Part shown: positions 53,010-62,655 of the stretch, in pieces
Numbering within the stretch: the stretch's first letter is position 1
Layout: each line of letters starts with the position of its first letter
From: Puia sp.
GTDB taxonomy: Bacteria > Bacteroidota > Bacteroidia > Chitinophagales > Chitinophagaceae
Assembly: GCF_035546395.1 (NCBI RefSeq)
Contig: NZ_DASZXR010000001.1
Location: 34,624-98,623, forward strand
Reading direction: 5' to 3'
DNA length: 64,000 bases
Translations under genes and position numbers: made by a program
Notes under the pieces: model-generated
The model's input: the letters and a program-made list of their open reading frames with translations, nothing else
Databases searched by the model: none
What the model was told of the DNA's origin: nothing

Positions 53010-56000
53010 ATGCGTTTTAACAGAGTCAACAACATCGTCGGCTGGATCGTGGGACTCATCGCCTGCACCGTCTTCGTCATGACCATGGAGCCCACAGGTA
53101 GCTTTTGGGACTGCGGCGAGTTCGTTTCCAGCTGCTATAAGCTCCAGATCCCCCACCCTCCCGGCGCCCCGCTGTTCGTGCTCATGGGCCGCTTCTTTAT
53201 CATCCTCTTCGGCGACAATCCCCTTACAGCCGCCCGCGGCGTCAACTTCATGAGCGCCATCGCCAGCGGCCTGTCCATTCTCTTCCTGTTCTGGACCATT
53301 ACCCACTTCGCACGCAAGCTCGTACAGGGGGGTATCACCACTGTAGAACCTGATTCCAAACAAACTTTCAACATCATGGCCGCCGGCGTCGTCGGCGCCC
53401 TGGCCTATACCTTCTGCGACTCCTTCTGGTACAGCGCCGTCGAAGGCGAAGTATACGCCTCCTCCGCCTTCTTCACCGCCCTCGTCTTCTGGGCCATCCT
53501 GAAATGGGAGCACAACGCGGACAAGGAAGGCTCCGATAAATGGATCGTCTTCATCTTCTTCATGATGGGCCTTTCCATCGGCGTCCACCTGCTCAACCTC
53601 CTGACCATCCCCGCCATCGTGATGGTCTATTATTTCAAGCGCTTCAAACCCACCACCTGGGGAACCATCTTCGCCTTCCTCATCGGCTGCATCATCACCG
53701 GCGTCGTACAGATCGTCGTGATCCAGTATACCATCAAAGGCGCCGGAGCCCTCGATATCTTCTTTGTCAATTCACTCCACCTGCCCTTCTTCTCCGGCTT
53801 CGGGGTCTACTTCTTTTTACTGGCCGCTTTGCTGGCCTGGGGGCTCTCCTTTAAGACGCAGACGGTCACGGCCAATCGCATCCGCCTGTGGATCGCCGCC
53901 TTCGTACTCATCATCATGCTCCCCCTCCTTTCCAATGGGTCGGGCGGCAGCCGCATCCTGATGCTGATCCTCGGCCTGGCAGCGGCCTGGGTAGCGGGCT
54001 ATTTCATCACGGGCGAAGCCCTGGCAAAATTCAAGATCGCCCTCTGGTGTTTCGCCTTCATGCTCCTGGGCTACTCCACCTACTTCACCACCATGATCCG
54101 CAGTAATGCCGATCCCGGGGTGGATATGTACAATGTCGATAACCCCGTCAGCCTCGTGGGCTATCTCAGCCGCGATCAGTACGGCGACTGGCCCATTCTC
54201 TATGGCCCGGACTTCCAGGACCGCGCCCCCCGAGTTCCCGCCGGTCCCCTCTATGTAAAAGGTAAAGAGAAGTACGAAGTGGCCGGAAAGGTCTACGCAA
54301 CCGACTGGGGCAGTACCCCCTCCTCCCATATCTTCCCCCGGATGTGGGACGGCGGTAACGACCGCGGCCAGATCGACTGCTACCGCACCTTTGGCAACGT
54401 CGCCGAAGGCGACAATCCCACCATGCTGGACAATTTCCGGTATTTCTTCAAATACCAGAATGGGGTCATGTTCCTCCGCTATTTTATGTGGAACTTCTCG
54501 GGAAAGCAAAATGACCTACAGGGTTTCGGGAATATCCGCGACGGGAATTTCATCACAGGCATTCCCTTCCTCGACAACTGGATGTATGGCGATCAAAGCA
54601 AAATGCCGGATTCCATCCGCAAAAATAACAAGTCCTACAACCGCATGTTCCTCCTGCCCTTCATCCTGGGCCTCCTCGGGTTGGTCTACCAGGCTACCCG
54701 TAACAAGGGCGATTTCTGGGTGACGGGCCTGCTGTTCTTCTTCACCGGCTTCGCCATCGTGGTCTACCTGAACCAGGCCGGCTACCAGCCGCGCGAACGG
54801 GACTACGCCTATGCCGGCGCCTGTTATGCCTTTGCGATCTGGATCGGGCTTGGCGTCCTCTGGATAAAGGATATCCTGGCGCAATCCGCCTTTAAAACCT
54901 CCCCGAAAATGGCCAGCTATGCCGCCGCCGGTCTCTGTTTCTTTGGCGTGCCGGTACTGATGGGCAGCCAGGAATGGGATGACCACGACCGCAGCAAGAA
55001 GACCCTGGCCCGCGACATCGGCCGGGACTACCTCGAGTCCTGCCCGCCCAACGCAATCCTCTTCTCCTTCGGCGACAACGACACCTACCCCCTCTGGTAT
55101 GCCCAGGAAGTGGAAGGCATCCGCCCCGACGTCCGGGTAATGAACTACAGCCTGCTGGGCACTGACTGGTATATCAATCAGTTACGCTATAAAGTAAACC
55201 AGAGTGCCCCGACGGACGTGATCTTTACCCCCGAGCAGATCCAGGGCAATACCCGTGACGCCGTCGTCATCAACGCGCTGAACGGCTTCGATCAGAACAA
55301 ATACTACGATCTCTACGAAATTCTCAAGGACGTGGTCGGCAGCGACGATTCCCGCTACCAGACCTCCTCCGATGAAGGCGATGTATACAACTTCCTGCCT
55401 ACCCGCAAGTTGTCCGTCCCCGTGGACTCCAACCTCGTCCGCAGCAACGGCACCGTACAGGCGGGCGACAGCGTCGTCACCCAGCTCCGGCTCGATATCT
55501 CCAAGAACAAGAACTACCTGTTCAAGAACGAGCTGGCCGTCCTGGCGATCATCGCCGCCAACAAATGGCAACGCCCCATCTGCTTCAACTCCACCTACGA
55601 GCTGGAAGACCTTGGCCTGACAAAGTATATCCGGCAGGATGGCCTCGCCGGCCGCCTCGTCCCGGTCGAAAGCAAGAATGCCAACTTCGGGTTCTATAAC
55701 ACACCCGTCGCCTACAACAACATCATGACCAAGTTCTCCTATGGCAACGCCATCACACCCGGCGTCTATTACGACGAGGAGAACCGCCGCCATCTCAACA
55801 CCCTCCGCGCGGCCCATGCCCAACTGGCGCTGACCCTCGTCGCGGAAGGAAAAAAGGATTCGGCAAAGAACATCCTCGAACATTTCGACAAGAATGTCTA
55901 CGAGCCGAACTTCCCCTACGGGATGACCTCCAACCGCGGCAACCAGCACGATCGTATCTCGATGAGCTTCCTGCTGGCCAGCTACCAGTCGGGTGATCTC

Positions 56001-56273
56001 ACGCTCGCCCAAAAGGTCGCGGCCTCCCTGAAAAAAGATCTCAACCAGCAGATGCGGTACTACGCCTCGCTCGGTGAGCCGATGTCCAACGAACAGCTGG
56101 CCGTCAACGCCCAAATGGCCCTGCAGGGCAAAGGCGGGAACCTCTCCGATCGCCAGGGAGGGTCCATCGCACAGGATATCTTAAGCACCTTCCAGATGCT
56201 ACTGCAGCTGGATGACTGGGATAAACAGTTTGGGCACGCAAAGCCCTCACAGGTTCAGCAGCCTGCTAAATAA
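53010..56273 (+). CDS. DUF2723/TMEM260-like membrane glycosyltransferase, paralog 2
   Basis: Same motifs as paralog 1 and colinear over about 1090 aa; 48-nt spacer. Confidence 0.9.
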   Translation: MRFNRVNNIVGWIVGLIACTVFVMTMEPTGSFWDCGEFVSSCYKLQIPHPPGAPLFVLMGRFFIILFGDNPLTAARGVNFMSAIASGLSILFLFWTITHFARKLVQGGITTVEPDSKQTFNIMAAGVVGALAYTFCDSFWYSAVEGEVYASSAFFTALVFWAILKWEHNADKEGSDKWIVFIFFMMGLSIGVHLLNLLTIPAIVMVYYFKRFKPTTWGTIFAFLIGCIITGVVQIVVIQYTIKGAGALDIFFVNSLHLPFFSGFGVYFFLLAALLAWGLSFKTQTVTANRIRLWIAAFVLIIMLPLLSNGSGGSRILMLILGLAAAWVAGYFITGEALAKFKIALWCFAFMLLGYSTYFTTMIRSNADPGVDMYNVDNPVSLVGYLSRDQYGDWPILYGPDFQDRAPRVPAGPLYVKGKEKYEVAGKVYATDWGSTPSSHIFPRMWDGGNDRGQIDCYRTFGNVAEGDNPTMLDNFRYFFKYQNGVMFLRYFMWNFSGKQNDLQGFGNIRDGNFITGIPFLDNWMYGDQSKMPDSIRKNNKSYNRMFLLPFILGLLGLVYQATRNKGDFWVTGLLFFFTGFAIVVYLNQAGYQPRERDYAYAGACYAFAIWIGLGVLWIKDILAQSAFKTSPKMASYAAAGLCFFGVPVLMGSQEWDDHDRSKKTLARDIGRDYLESCPPNAILFSFGDNDTYPLWYAQEVEGIRPDVRVMNYSLLGTDWYINQLRYKVNQSAPTDVIFTPEQIQGNTRDAVVINALNGFDQNKYYDLYEILKDVVGSDDSRYQTSSDEGDVYNFLPTRKLSVPVDSNLVRSNGTVQAGDSVVTQLRLDISKNKNYLFKNELAVLAIIAANKWQRPICFNSTYELEDLGLTKYIRQDGLAGRLVPVESKNANFGFYNTPVAYNNIMTKFSYGNAITPGVYYDEENRRHLNTLRAAHAQLALTLVAEGKKDSAKNILEHFDKNVYEPNFPYGMTSNRGNQHDRISMSFLLASYQSGDLTLAQKVAASLKKDLNQQMRYYASLGEPMSNEQLAVNAQMALQGKGGNLSDRQGGSIAQDILSTFQMLLQLDDWDKQFGHAKPSQVQQPAK

Positions 56274-56283
56274 GACGTTGAAC

Positions 56284-56307
56284 AAAACCCGCCTCTGGCG
56301 GGTTTTT
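56284..56307 (+). terminator. Intrinsic terminator after the DUF2723 pair
   Basis: AAAACCCGCC-TCT-GGCGGGTTTTT. Confidence 0.8.
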
Positions 56308-56339
56308 AGTTTAGACTCAAATAGTGTAAATTGTATCAA

Positions 56340-57437
56340 ATGATAGGGTACCATTTCAAAAACTACGATCCCAACGACGAAAGCAAGCCCAGGTTCGATC
56401 AGCTGCTGGATATTTTCATGCAGCTGCTCAGCTACACGAACGGGGACGTGGGCGAAGCGTTGCAATGGATGAACCAGCTGGATAAAGAATACCAGCTGTC
56501 CGACGACGAATATGGCATGGGGGATTTTATCGAAGACCTGAAAGACAAAGGATACATCGACGATAACAAAGAAACCGGTGAGATCACCATCACTCCAAAG
56601 ACGGAGCAGGGTATCCGCCGCCGCTCGCTGGAAGAGATCTTCGGGAAGTTAAAAAAGACAAAACAGGGGAATCACAACACCTTTAAACCGGGTGGCGGCG
56701 ATGAGGCGAACCCCGAGACCCGTCCCTTCCGATTCGGCGACCAGCTGGAACAGATCGACTTCACCGAATCCATCCGCAACGCGCAGATCAACCACGGCAT
56801 CGACGCCTTCAATATGCAGGAAGACGACCTGAAGATCCGCGAGACGGACTTCAAGGCCCAGACCTCCACCGTGCTGATGATCGACATCTCTCACTCGATG
56901 ATCCTGTATGGGGAGGACCGCATCACGCCCGCCAAAAAAGTGGCCATGGCCCTCAGCGAGCTGATCACGACAAAGTATCCCAAGGACACCCTCGATATCG
57001 TCGTCTTCGGCAACGATGCCTGGCCGGTGGAGATAAAAGACCTCCCGTATTTGCAGGTAGGCCCCTACCATACCAATACAGTGGCCGGACTGGAGCTGGC
57101 CATGGACATCCTCCGGCGCCGAAGAAACGCCAACAAACAGATCTTCATGATCACCGACGGGAAGCCTACCTGTCTGAAGGTCGGGAAACGATATTACAAA
57201 AACAGCTTCGGCCTCGACCGGAAGATCACTTCCCGCTGCCTCAACCTGGCCGCACAATGCAAAAAGCTGAAAATACCCATTACTACCTTCATGATCGCCA
57301 GCGATCCCTATCTGCAGCGATTCGTCAACGAGTTCACTGAAACTAATAATGGCAAGGCCTTCTTTGCCTCCCTCGATCGTCTCGGCAGCTTCATCTTCCG
57401 TGACTTCGAATCCGGGAAACGAAAAACGGTCTACTAG
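56340..57437 (+). CDS. vWA-domain protein
   Basis: ATG at 56340 (MIGYHF). STVLMIDISHSM (MIDAS DxSxS), TNTVAGL, MITDGKP. Confidence 0.9.
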   Translation: MIGYHFKNYDPNDESKPRFDQLLDIFMQLLSYTNGDVGEALQWMNQLDKEYQLSDDEYGMGDFIEDLKDKGYIDDNKETGEITITPKTEQGIRRRSLEEIFGKLKKTKQGNHNTFKPGGGDEANPETRPFRFGDQLEQIDFTESIRNAQINHGIDAFNMQEDDLKIRETDFKAQTSTVLMIDISHSMILYGEDRITPAKKVAMALSELITTKYPKDTLDIVVFGNDAWPVEIKDLPYLQVGPYHTNTVAGLELAMDILRRRRNANKQIFMITDGKPTCLKVGKRYYKNSFGLDRKITSRCLNLAAQCKKLKIPITTFMIASDPYLQRFVNEFTETNNGKAFFASLDRLGSFIFRDFESGKRKTVY

Positions 57438-57463
57438 AGAGAGAAAACTACTAAAAACAGGAA

Positions 57464-58996
57464 ATGGACATCACAAAGATCACGACATTAGGACAACTGA
57501 AGAAAGCCGGCTATAAGAATCGATCCGTAAAAGAAGAGATACGGGAAAATCTCATCCGCAAACTAAAAAATAAAGAAACCACTTTTCCGGGTATCGTTGG
57601 CTATGAGGATTCGGTTATCCCCGACACGGAACGGGCCCTCCTGTCCCGCCACAATATCCTGTTCCTCGGTCTCCGCGGACAGGCTAAGACGCGAATGGCC
57701 CGGCAGATGATCGACCTGCTCGACGAATGGGTCCCCTTCGTCACAGGAAGCGAAATAAACGACGACCCCTTTCGCCCCATCTCCAAGTTCGCCCGCAACC
57801 TCGTTGCCTCCAAAGGCGACGACACCCCCATCTCCTGGCTGCACCGCAGCGAACGCTATGGTGAAAAACTGGCCACACCCGACGTCAGCGTCGCCGATCT
57901 CATCGGGGACATCGACCCGATCAAGGCCGCAAACCTCCGCTTGAACTTCGCCGATGAAGAAGTCATCCACTTCGGGATCATCCCAAAAAGCAACAGGGGT
58001 ATTTTTGTTATCAATGAAATACCTGATTTACAAGCCCGTATACAGGTTTCCTTGTTTAATATTTTAGAAGAAGGCGATATCCAGATCCGCGGCTTCAAGC
58101 TCCGGATGCCGCTCGATATGCTCTTCGTCTTCACCGCCAACCCCGAGGACTATACCAACCGGGGCTCCATTGTGACGCCCCTCAAGGATCGTATCGAAAG
58201 CCAGATCCTCACCCACTATCCCCGGAATATCGAGACGGCCCTGGCAATTACCGAACAGGAAGCCGACATCCATGAGGAGCAGAAAGGCCGCGTGATCATC
58301 AGCGACCTGGTCAAGCGCCTCATCGAACAGGTCTCCTTCGAGGCCCGCAGCAGCGAATACGTCGACAAGAAAAGCGGCGTCTCCGCCCGTCTGACCATCG
58401 CCGCCTTCGAGAACGCCGTCAGTGCCGCCGAACGCCGCGCCATCCTCAACAACGAGAAAGAAACGCCCGTCTGGATGAGCGATCTGGTCGGCATTATCCC
58501 CTCCATCACCGGGAAGATCGAGCTGGTCTACGAAGGCGAACAGGAAGGGCCCTACCAGGTGGCCTTCAACCTGCTGGAAAAAGCCTTCCGCACCCAGTTC
58601 ATCAACTATTTTCCAAACCCCGATCAGCTGAAGAAGCGGAAGGCGGATACCCGCGACGACAACCCCTTCCGGCCCGTCACCCATTGGTTCGACAAGGGCA
58701 ACCATCTCAACCTGTTCTTCAACACCCCCGACTCGGAGAAGATACAGCAGCTGTATAAAGTGGATGGGTTACACGCGCTCGTGAAGAAATACTTCAAGCA
58801 CGCCAACGAACGCGAATCGGCCCTGCTCATGGAATTCGTACTCCATGGCCTCGCGGCGTATTCGTTGATCAGTAAAAAAGTGGTGGAAGGAAAGATCGAG
58901 TTCAAAGACCTCATCGGCTCCATGGTCAACCTCGGCTCTTCGGGCGGCAGCTTCGGTAACGAGGAAGACGACCTGGAAAGCGACGATTTCAATTAG
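57464..58996 (+). CDS. AAA+ ATPase, Mg-chelatase subunit I-like, partner of the vWA protein
   Basis: ILFLGLRGQAKT (Walker A variant), FVINEIPDL (Walker B variant), FTANPEDYTNRG, PLKDRI (Arg finger), GVSARL. Confidence 0.88.
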   Translation: MDITKITTLGQLKKAGYKNRSVKEEIRENLIRKLKNKETTFPGIVGYEDSVIPDTERALLSRHNILFLGLRGQAKTRMARQMIDLLDEWVPFVTGSEINDDPFRPISKFARNLVASKGDDTPISWLHRSERYGEKLATPDVSVADLIGDIDPIKAANLRLNFADEEVIHFGIIPKSNRGIFVINEIPDLQARIQVSLFNILEEGDIQIRGFKLRMPLDMLFVFTANPEDYTNRGSIVTPLKDRIESQILTHYPRNIETALAITEQEADIHEEQKGRVIISDLVKRLIEQVSFEARSSEYVDKKSGVSARLTIAAFENAVSAAERRAILNNEKETPVWMSDLVGIIPSITGKIELVYEGEQEGPYQVAFNLLEKAFRTQFINYFPNPDQLKKRKADTRDDNPFRPVTHWFDKGNHLNLFFNTPDSEKIQQLYKVDGLHALVKKYFKHANERESALLMEFVLHGLAAYSLISKKVVEGKIEFKDLIGSMVNLGSSGGSFGNEEDDLESDDFN

Positions 58997-59997
58997 ATAA
59001 TATTCACTTCCCTTTCCAAACTGACTCCAAAGCGGTCCTGCACACTCTGCAGGACCTCTTCGCTTAAGGCATAGATCTCTTCGCCCGTGGCGTTCCCGTA
59101 ATTCACCAGCACCAGCGCCTGCCGGGCATGCACGCCCGCATCCCCGCGCCGAAAACCCTTCCAGCCGCACTGCTCGATCAGCCATCCCGCCGCCAGCTTC
59201 ATATTCCCACCCTCGGCAGGATAAGCGACCATCTCCGGAAATTTGCCCTTCAACTCCTCGAACCGCGCAACCGGAACCGTCGGATTCTTAAAAAAGCTTC
59301 CCGCATTGCCGATCTCCGCCGGGTCCGGCAGCTTGCTCCGCCGTATCCGGATCACCGCCTCCGAAATAGCCCGGATGCCCAGCTCTCGGTCGCCCAGTTC
59401 CTCCCGCAAAGCCCCATACGAAGTATGAAAGATCGGCTGTTTCCGCAGCCGCAAAACAAGATTCAAAATGACATACTGCCCCCTCAACCGCCGCTTGAAG
59501 ACACTCTCCCGATAGCCGAACTCGCAGTCGTCCGGCGTAAAGGTCTGCACTCGACGCTCGGCAAGGTTCCAGGCTTCCAGATCCCAGAACACATCCCGGA
59601 TCTCCACCCCATAAGCCCCGATATTCTGCATGGGCGCCGCCCCGGCATTCCCGGGGATCAGCGACAGGTTCTCCAGGCCGGCCCAGTCCCGACCGATGCA
59701 ATACTGCACCAACCCGTCCCAGCTCTCCCCCGCCCCGGCCCGGACATACACATAGTCCTCGTCCTCGTCGATCAGCTCGATCCCCCTGATCTCGTTGAGC
59801 AAAACCACACCGTTAAAATCTCCCCTGAATAACACATTGCTCCCTCCCCCCAGTACCAGCAGCGGCCGCTCGCCCACCCATTCTGCGGCTTCAGCCAGCT
59901 CGTCAACCGACGCAAAGCGGCCCAGCCACCGGGCTTTCACGTCAAGACCAAACGTGTTGTACGCCTTCAGGGACGCATTTTCGACAATAGCTATCAT
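58993..59997 (-). CDS. murB: UDP-N-acetylenolpyruvoylglucosamine reductase
   Basis: LKAYNTFG, LGGGSNVLF, GLENLSLIPG..GAAPMQNIGAYG, FGYRESVFK, GNAGSFFKNP, QALVLVN, LEREV. Confidence 0.97.
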   Translation of the reverse strand: MIAIVENASLKAYNTFGLDVKARWLGRFASVDELAEAAEWVGERPLLVLGGGSNVLFRGDFNGVVLLNEIRGIELIDEDEDYVYVRAGAGESWDGLVQYCIGRDWAGLENLSLIPGNAGAAPMQNIGAYGVEIRDVFWDLEAWNLAERRVQTFTPDDCEFGYRESVFKRRLRGQYVILNLVLRLRKQPIFHTSYGALREELGDRELGIRAISEAVIRIRRSKLPDPAEIGNAGSFFKNPTVPVARFEELKGKFPEMVAYPAEGGNMKLAAGWLIEQCGWKGFRRGDAGVHARQALVLVNYGNATGEEIYALSEEVLQSVQDRFGVSLEREVNII

Positions 59998-60007
59998 AAA
60001 ACAAATT

Positions 60008-62548
60008 TTAGATCATGTCTACATCCGGGATGATCACCACGCTCCGCCAATGCCGCGCATTCTGCACCATTGCCATCTGTTGCTGGATCACCTGCTTGGC
60101 GAATGCAATGGTATGCCCGTCCTTGGGCAGCTTCAGCAGAAGCTCCATCAAATATTGATTGCGGATGCGCGCGATCACCGGTTCGGCCGGTCCAACCAGC
60201 CAGGGCCCAAAGTCCTTTTTCAGATTGTTCGCAAAGAACTGCGCCGCAGATTGCACCACTTCCTTGTCGCGGTGCCGGAAGGTCACACGGATCACCCGGG
60301 TGAACGGGGGATACCCGAACTGCTGGCGGGCCGCGATCTCATGCCGGAAAAAAAGGCCATAGTCATGCGCCTGCACATACCCAAGCACAGGGTTGGCCGT
60401 ATCAGCGACCTGGATCAACACGAGCCCGTCCGCATCCTTTCGCCCGGCCCGGCCGCTCACCTGCTCCATCAGCTGGAACGCCCGTTCATTGACCCGGAAA
60501 TCGGCAAAATGCAGCAGGCTGTCGGCATCCAGGATGCCCACCACACTGACATTCTCAAAATCCAGGCCCTTGACCACCATCTGCGTCCCGACAAGGATAT
60601 CAACCTTCCCCTGCTCGAACTGCTGGATAAGGGTGTCATGCGCGGTCTTACCCCGCACGCTGTCGATATCCATCCTCGCCACTTTGGCCTTCGGGAACAC
60701 CTCGTCCAGGTATTCCTCGATCCGCTCGGTGCCGAAATTCCGTTGTACAAATCGATGATTGCCACAGGCGGCGCAAGTATTCACCGGCGGATAGACCGTA
60801 CCGCAGTAGTGGCAATGCAATTTATTGGTCAGCTTGTGGAAATTCAACGACACATCGCAATACCGGCACTGCGGGATCCAGCCGCACACCTCGCAGACCT
60901 GGTAAGGCGAATAGCCCCGCCTGTTCTGAAACAGGATCACCTGTTTTCCTGCCGCCAGCGTCCGCTCGATGGCGTTGTACAGCGCCGGGCTCAGGATCGG
61001 TTTGCCGTTGTCCCTCGCGCCGGTTGCCGGCTCGGGCGGTGCGGGCGGTTCCTCCACGTCAGTCAACCAGGATGCTCCCGCAAAAGGTTCCTCTTGCTTT
61101 TTCTCCACCTTCTTAACCCACCGTAAGGCCTTCGTATCCACGATCCGGATCTCCGGCAGCTGCCCCGTCCCGTACCGCTCCATCAACTCCACCAGCCCAT
61201 ATTTGCCCGTCGTGGCATTGTAATAGGTCTCCACCGAAGGCGTGGCGCTGCCCAGCAACACCTTCGCCCCAAAAAGCGAGGCATAATAGATCGCCGCATC
61301 CCGCGCGTGATAGCGCGGCGCCGGATCCTGCTGCTTATAGGAAGGATCGTGCTCCTCATCGGCCACGACGAGCCCAAGATCACTGAAAGGCAGGAACAAG
61401 GCCGAACGGGCCCCAAGGATGATCTTCAACTCCCCCGTACGGATCTTATTCCAGATCTCGAGCCGTTCGTTTTGATTGAATTTCGAGTGATAGATACCGA
61501 TAAACCCGCCAAAATGCTGCTTAAGGCGGCGGATGATCTGCGCCGTTAGCGCAATTTCCGGCAGGAGGTACAACACCTGCTGGCCCCGGCGGATCACCTG
61601 TTCCATCTGCCGGATATACACCTGCGTCTTCCCGCTCGAGGTAACCCCGTGGAGAAGACAGACAGACTTCTGTTCGAAGACGGCGTTCACTTCTTCAAAG
61701 GCGCGTTGCTGGGCGGCCGTTAGTTGGAAATCGATGCGGATGTCCTTGGGCAGGTAATGAATGCGGTCCACCACCCGCTGCTCGATCCGCAGGATCCCCT
61801 TATCGACAAGCCCCTTTAGCTGCGAATCCGAAGCCCCTGCCTTCTTCAGCAGTCCCGCCCGCGTGACGTCTCCCCCGGTCTTGACCAGGTGCAGGTAGGC
61901 AAGCAGCAGTTCCATTTGCTTGGGCGCCCGGCCCCAGTTATTGAGCAGCTCGCCCAGCTTGTCCTCGTTGTCATATTCCGGGTTCAGCACCACGTAATTT
62001 TCTTTTTTGGGGCTATAGCTTTCCTTTAGCGATTCCCAGACAAAACACACTTTCTTTTCGATCAGCCGCTTGATGACGGGATAGACATGAGAGGAATCCA
62101 ACAGTTGCTGAACATCGGTCAGCTTTAGTTCTTTCTTGATAAGCAGCGCTTCGGCCACGACGAATTCGTCGTTGTCCAGGTGGCCAAAATCCTCGCCGGC
62201 CTCTTCGTTGAACACCAGGATGGTCTCGCTCGACAGCTTGAAATGCGCCGGCAGCGCCGCCGCCATCACTTCTCCTTCGCTGCAGAGATAATAGTTGGAT
62301 ATCCACTCCCAAAGTTTGCCCTGCGCCGGATGGATGACCGGTTCGGTATCGAGGACGTTGCCGATGGCCTTCGGTTCGAAGGACGCGGGCTTATCGGTGT
62401 GCAATCGTTTGACGATCCCCGCATATTTCTTATTCCGCAGCTCTACCTCCACACGACATCCCTCCCGGACCGCTTCTCGCCATTGTTCGGGTACACTCCA
62501 GGTATAATTCCTGGGCAATGCCAGGGGGATGATGACTTCGGCGTACAT
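60008..62548 (-). CDS. priA: Primosomal protein N' (replication restart helicase)
   Basis: LLHGVTSSGKT, LPEIALT, DEEHD, GSATPS, FQNRRGYSP, two CxxC pairs, GTQMVVKGLDF, QVSGRAGR. Confidence 0.97.
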   Translation of the reverse strand: MYAEVIIPLALPRNYTWSVPEQWREAVREGCRVEVELRNKKYAGIVKRLHTDKPASFEPKAIGNVLDTEPVIHPAQGKLWEWISNYYLCSEGEVMAAALPAHFKLSSETILVFNEEAGEDFGHLDNDEFVVAEALLIKKELKLTDVQQLLDSSHVYPVIKRLIEKKVCFVWESLKESYSPKKENYVVLNPEYDNEDKLGELLNNWGRAPKQMELLLAYLHLVKTGGDVTRAGLLKKAGASDSQLKGLVDKGILRIEQRVVDRIHYLPKDIRIDFQLTAAQQRAFEEVNAVFEQKSVCLLHGVTSSGKTQVYIRQMEQVIRRGQQVLYLLPEIALTAQIIRRLKQHFGGFIGIYHSKFNQNERLEIWNKIRTGELKIILGARSALFLPFSDLGLVVADEEHDPSYKQQDPAPRYHARDAAIYYASLFGAKVLLGSATPSVETYYNATTGKYGLVELMERYGTGQLPEIRIVDTKALRWVKKVEKKQEEPFAGASWLTDVEEPPAPPEPATGARDNGKPILSPALYNAIERTLAAGKQVILFQNRRGYSPYQVCEVCGWIPQCRYCDVSLNFHKLTNKLHCHYCGTVYPPVNTCAACGNHRFVQRNFGTERIEEYLDEVFPKAKVARMDIDSVRGKTAHDTLIQQFEQGKVDILVGTQMVVKGLDFENVSVVGILDADSLLHFADFRVNERAFQLMEQVSGRAGRKDADGLVLIQVADTANPVLGYVQAHDYGLFFRHEIAARQQFGYPPFTRVIRVTFRHRDKEVVQSAAQFFANNLKKDFGPWLVGPAEPVIARIRNQYLMELLLKLPKDGHTIAFAKQVIQQQMAMVQNARHWRSVVIIPDVDMI

Positions 62549-62604
62549 ACATGTTTGCGCAAATAGTGCTTTGGGTCAAATTAGCCCTATTTGCGCAAAC
62601 GGCT

Positions 62605-62642
62605 GTTGTCTGACCTTCGGTCGAACCGCCTTCTGGCGGTTC
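62605..62642 (-). repeat. Composite intergenic hairpin element (REP-like), copy 2
   Basis: Minus strand: GAACCGCC-AGAA-GGCGGTTC hairpin, then GACCGAAGGTC mini-hairpin, then AGACAAC. Confidence 0.45.
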
Positions 62643-62655
62643 CGGGGGGACAAAT

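Noticed and set aside
57464-58996. True Mg-chelatase (photosynthesis) or sigma54 activator
   Set aside because: No bch/chl genes and no GAFTGA motif; it is better explained as an AAA+/vWA pair.
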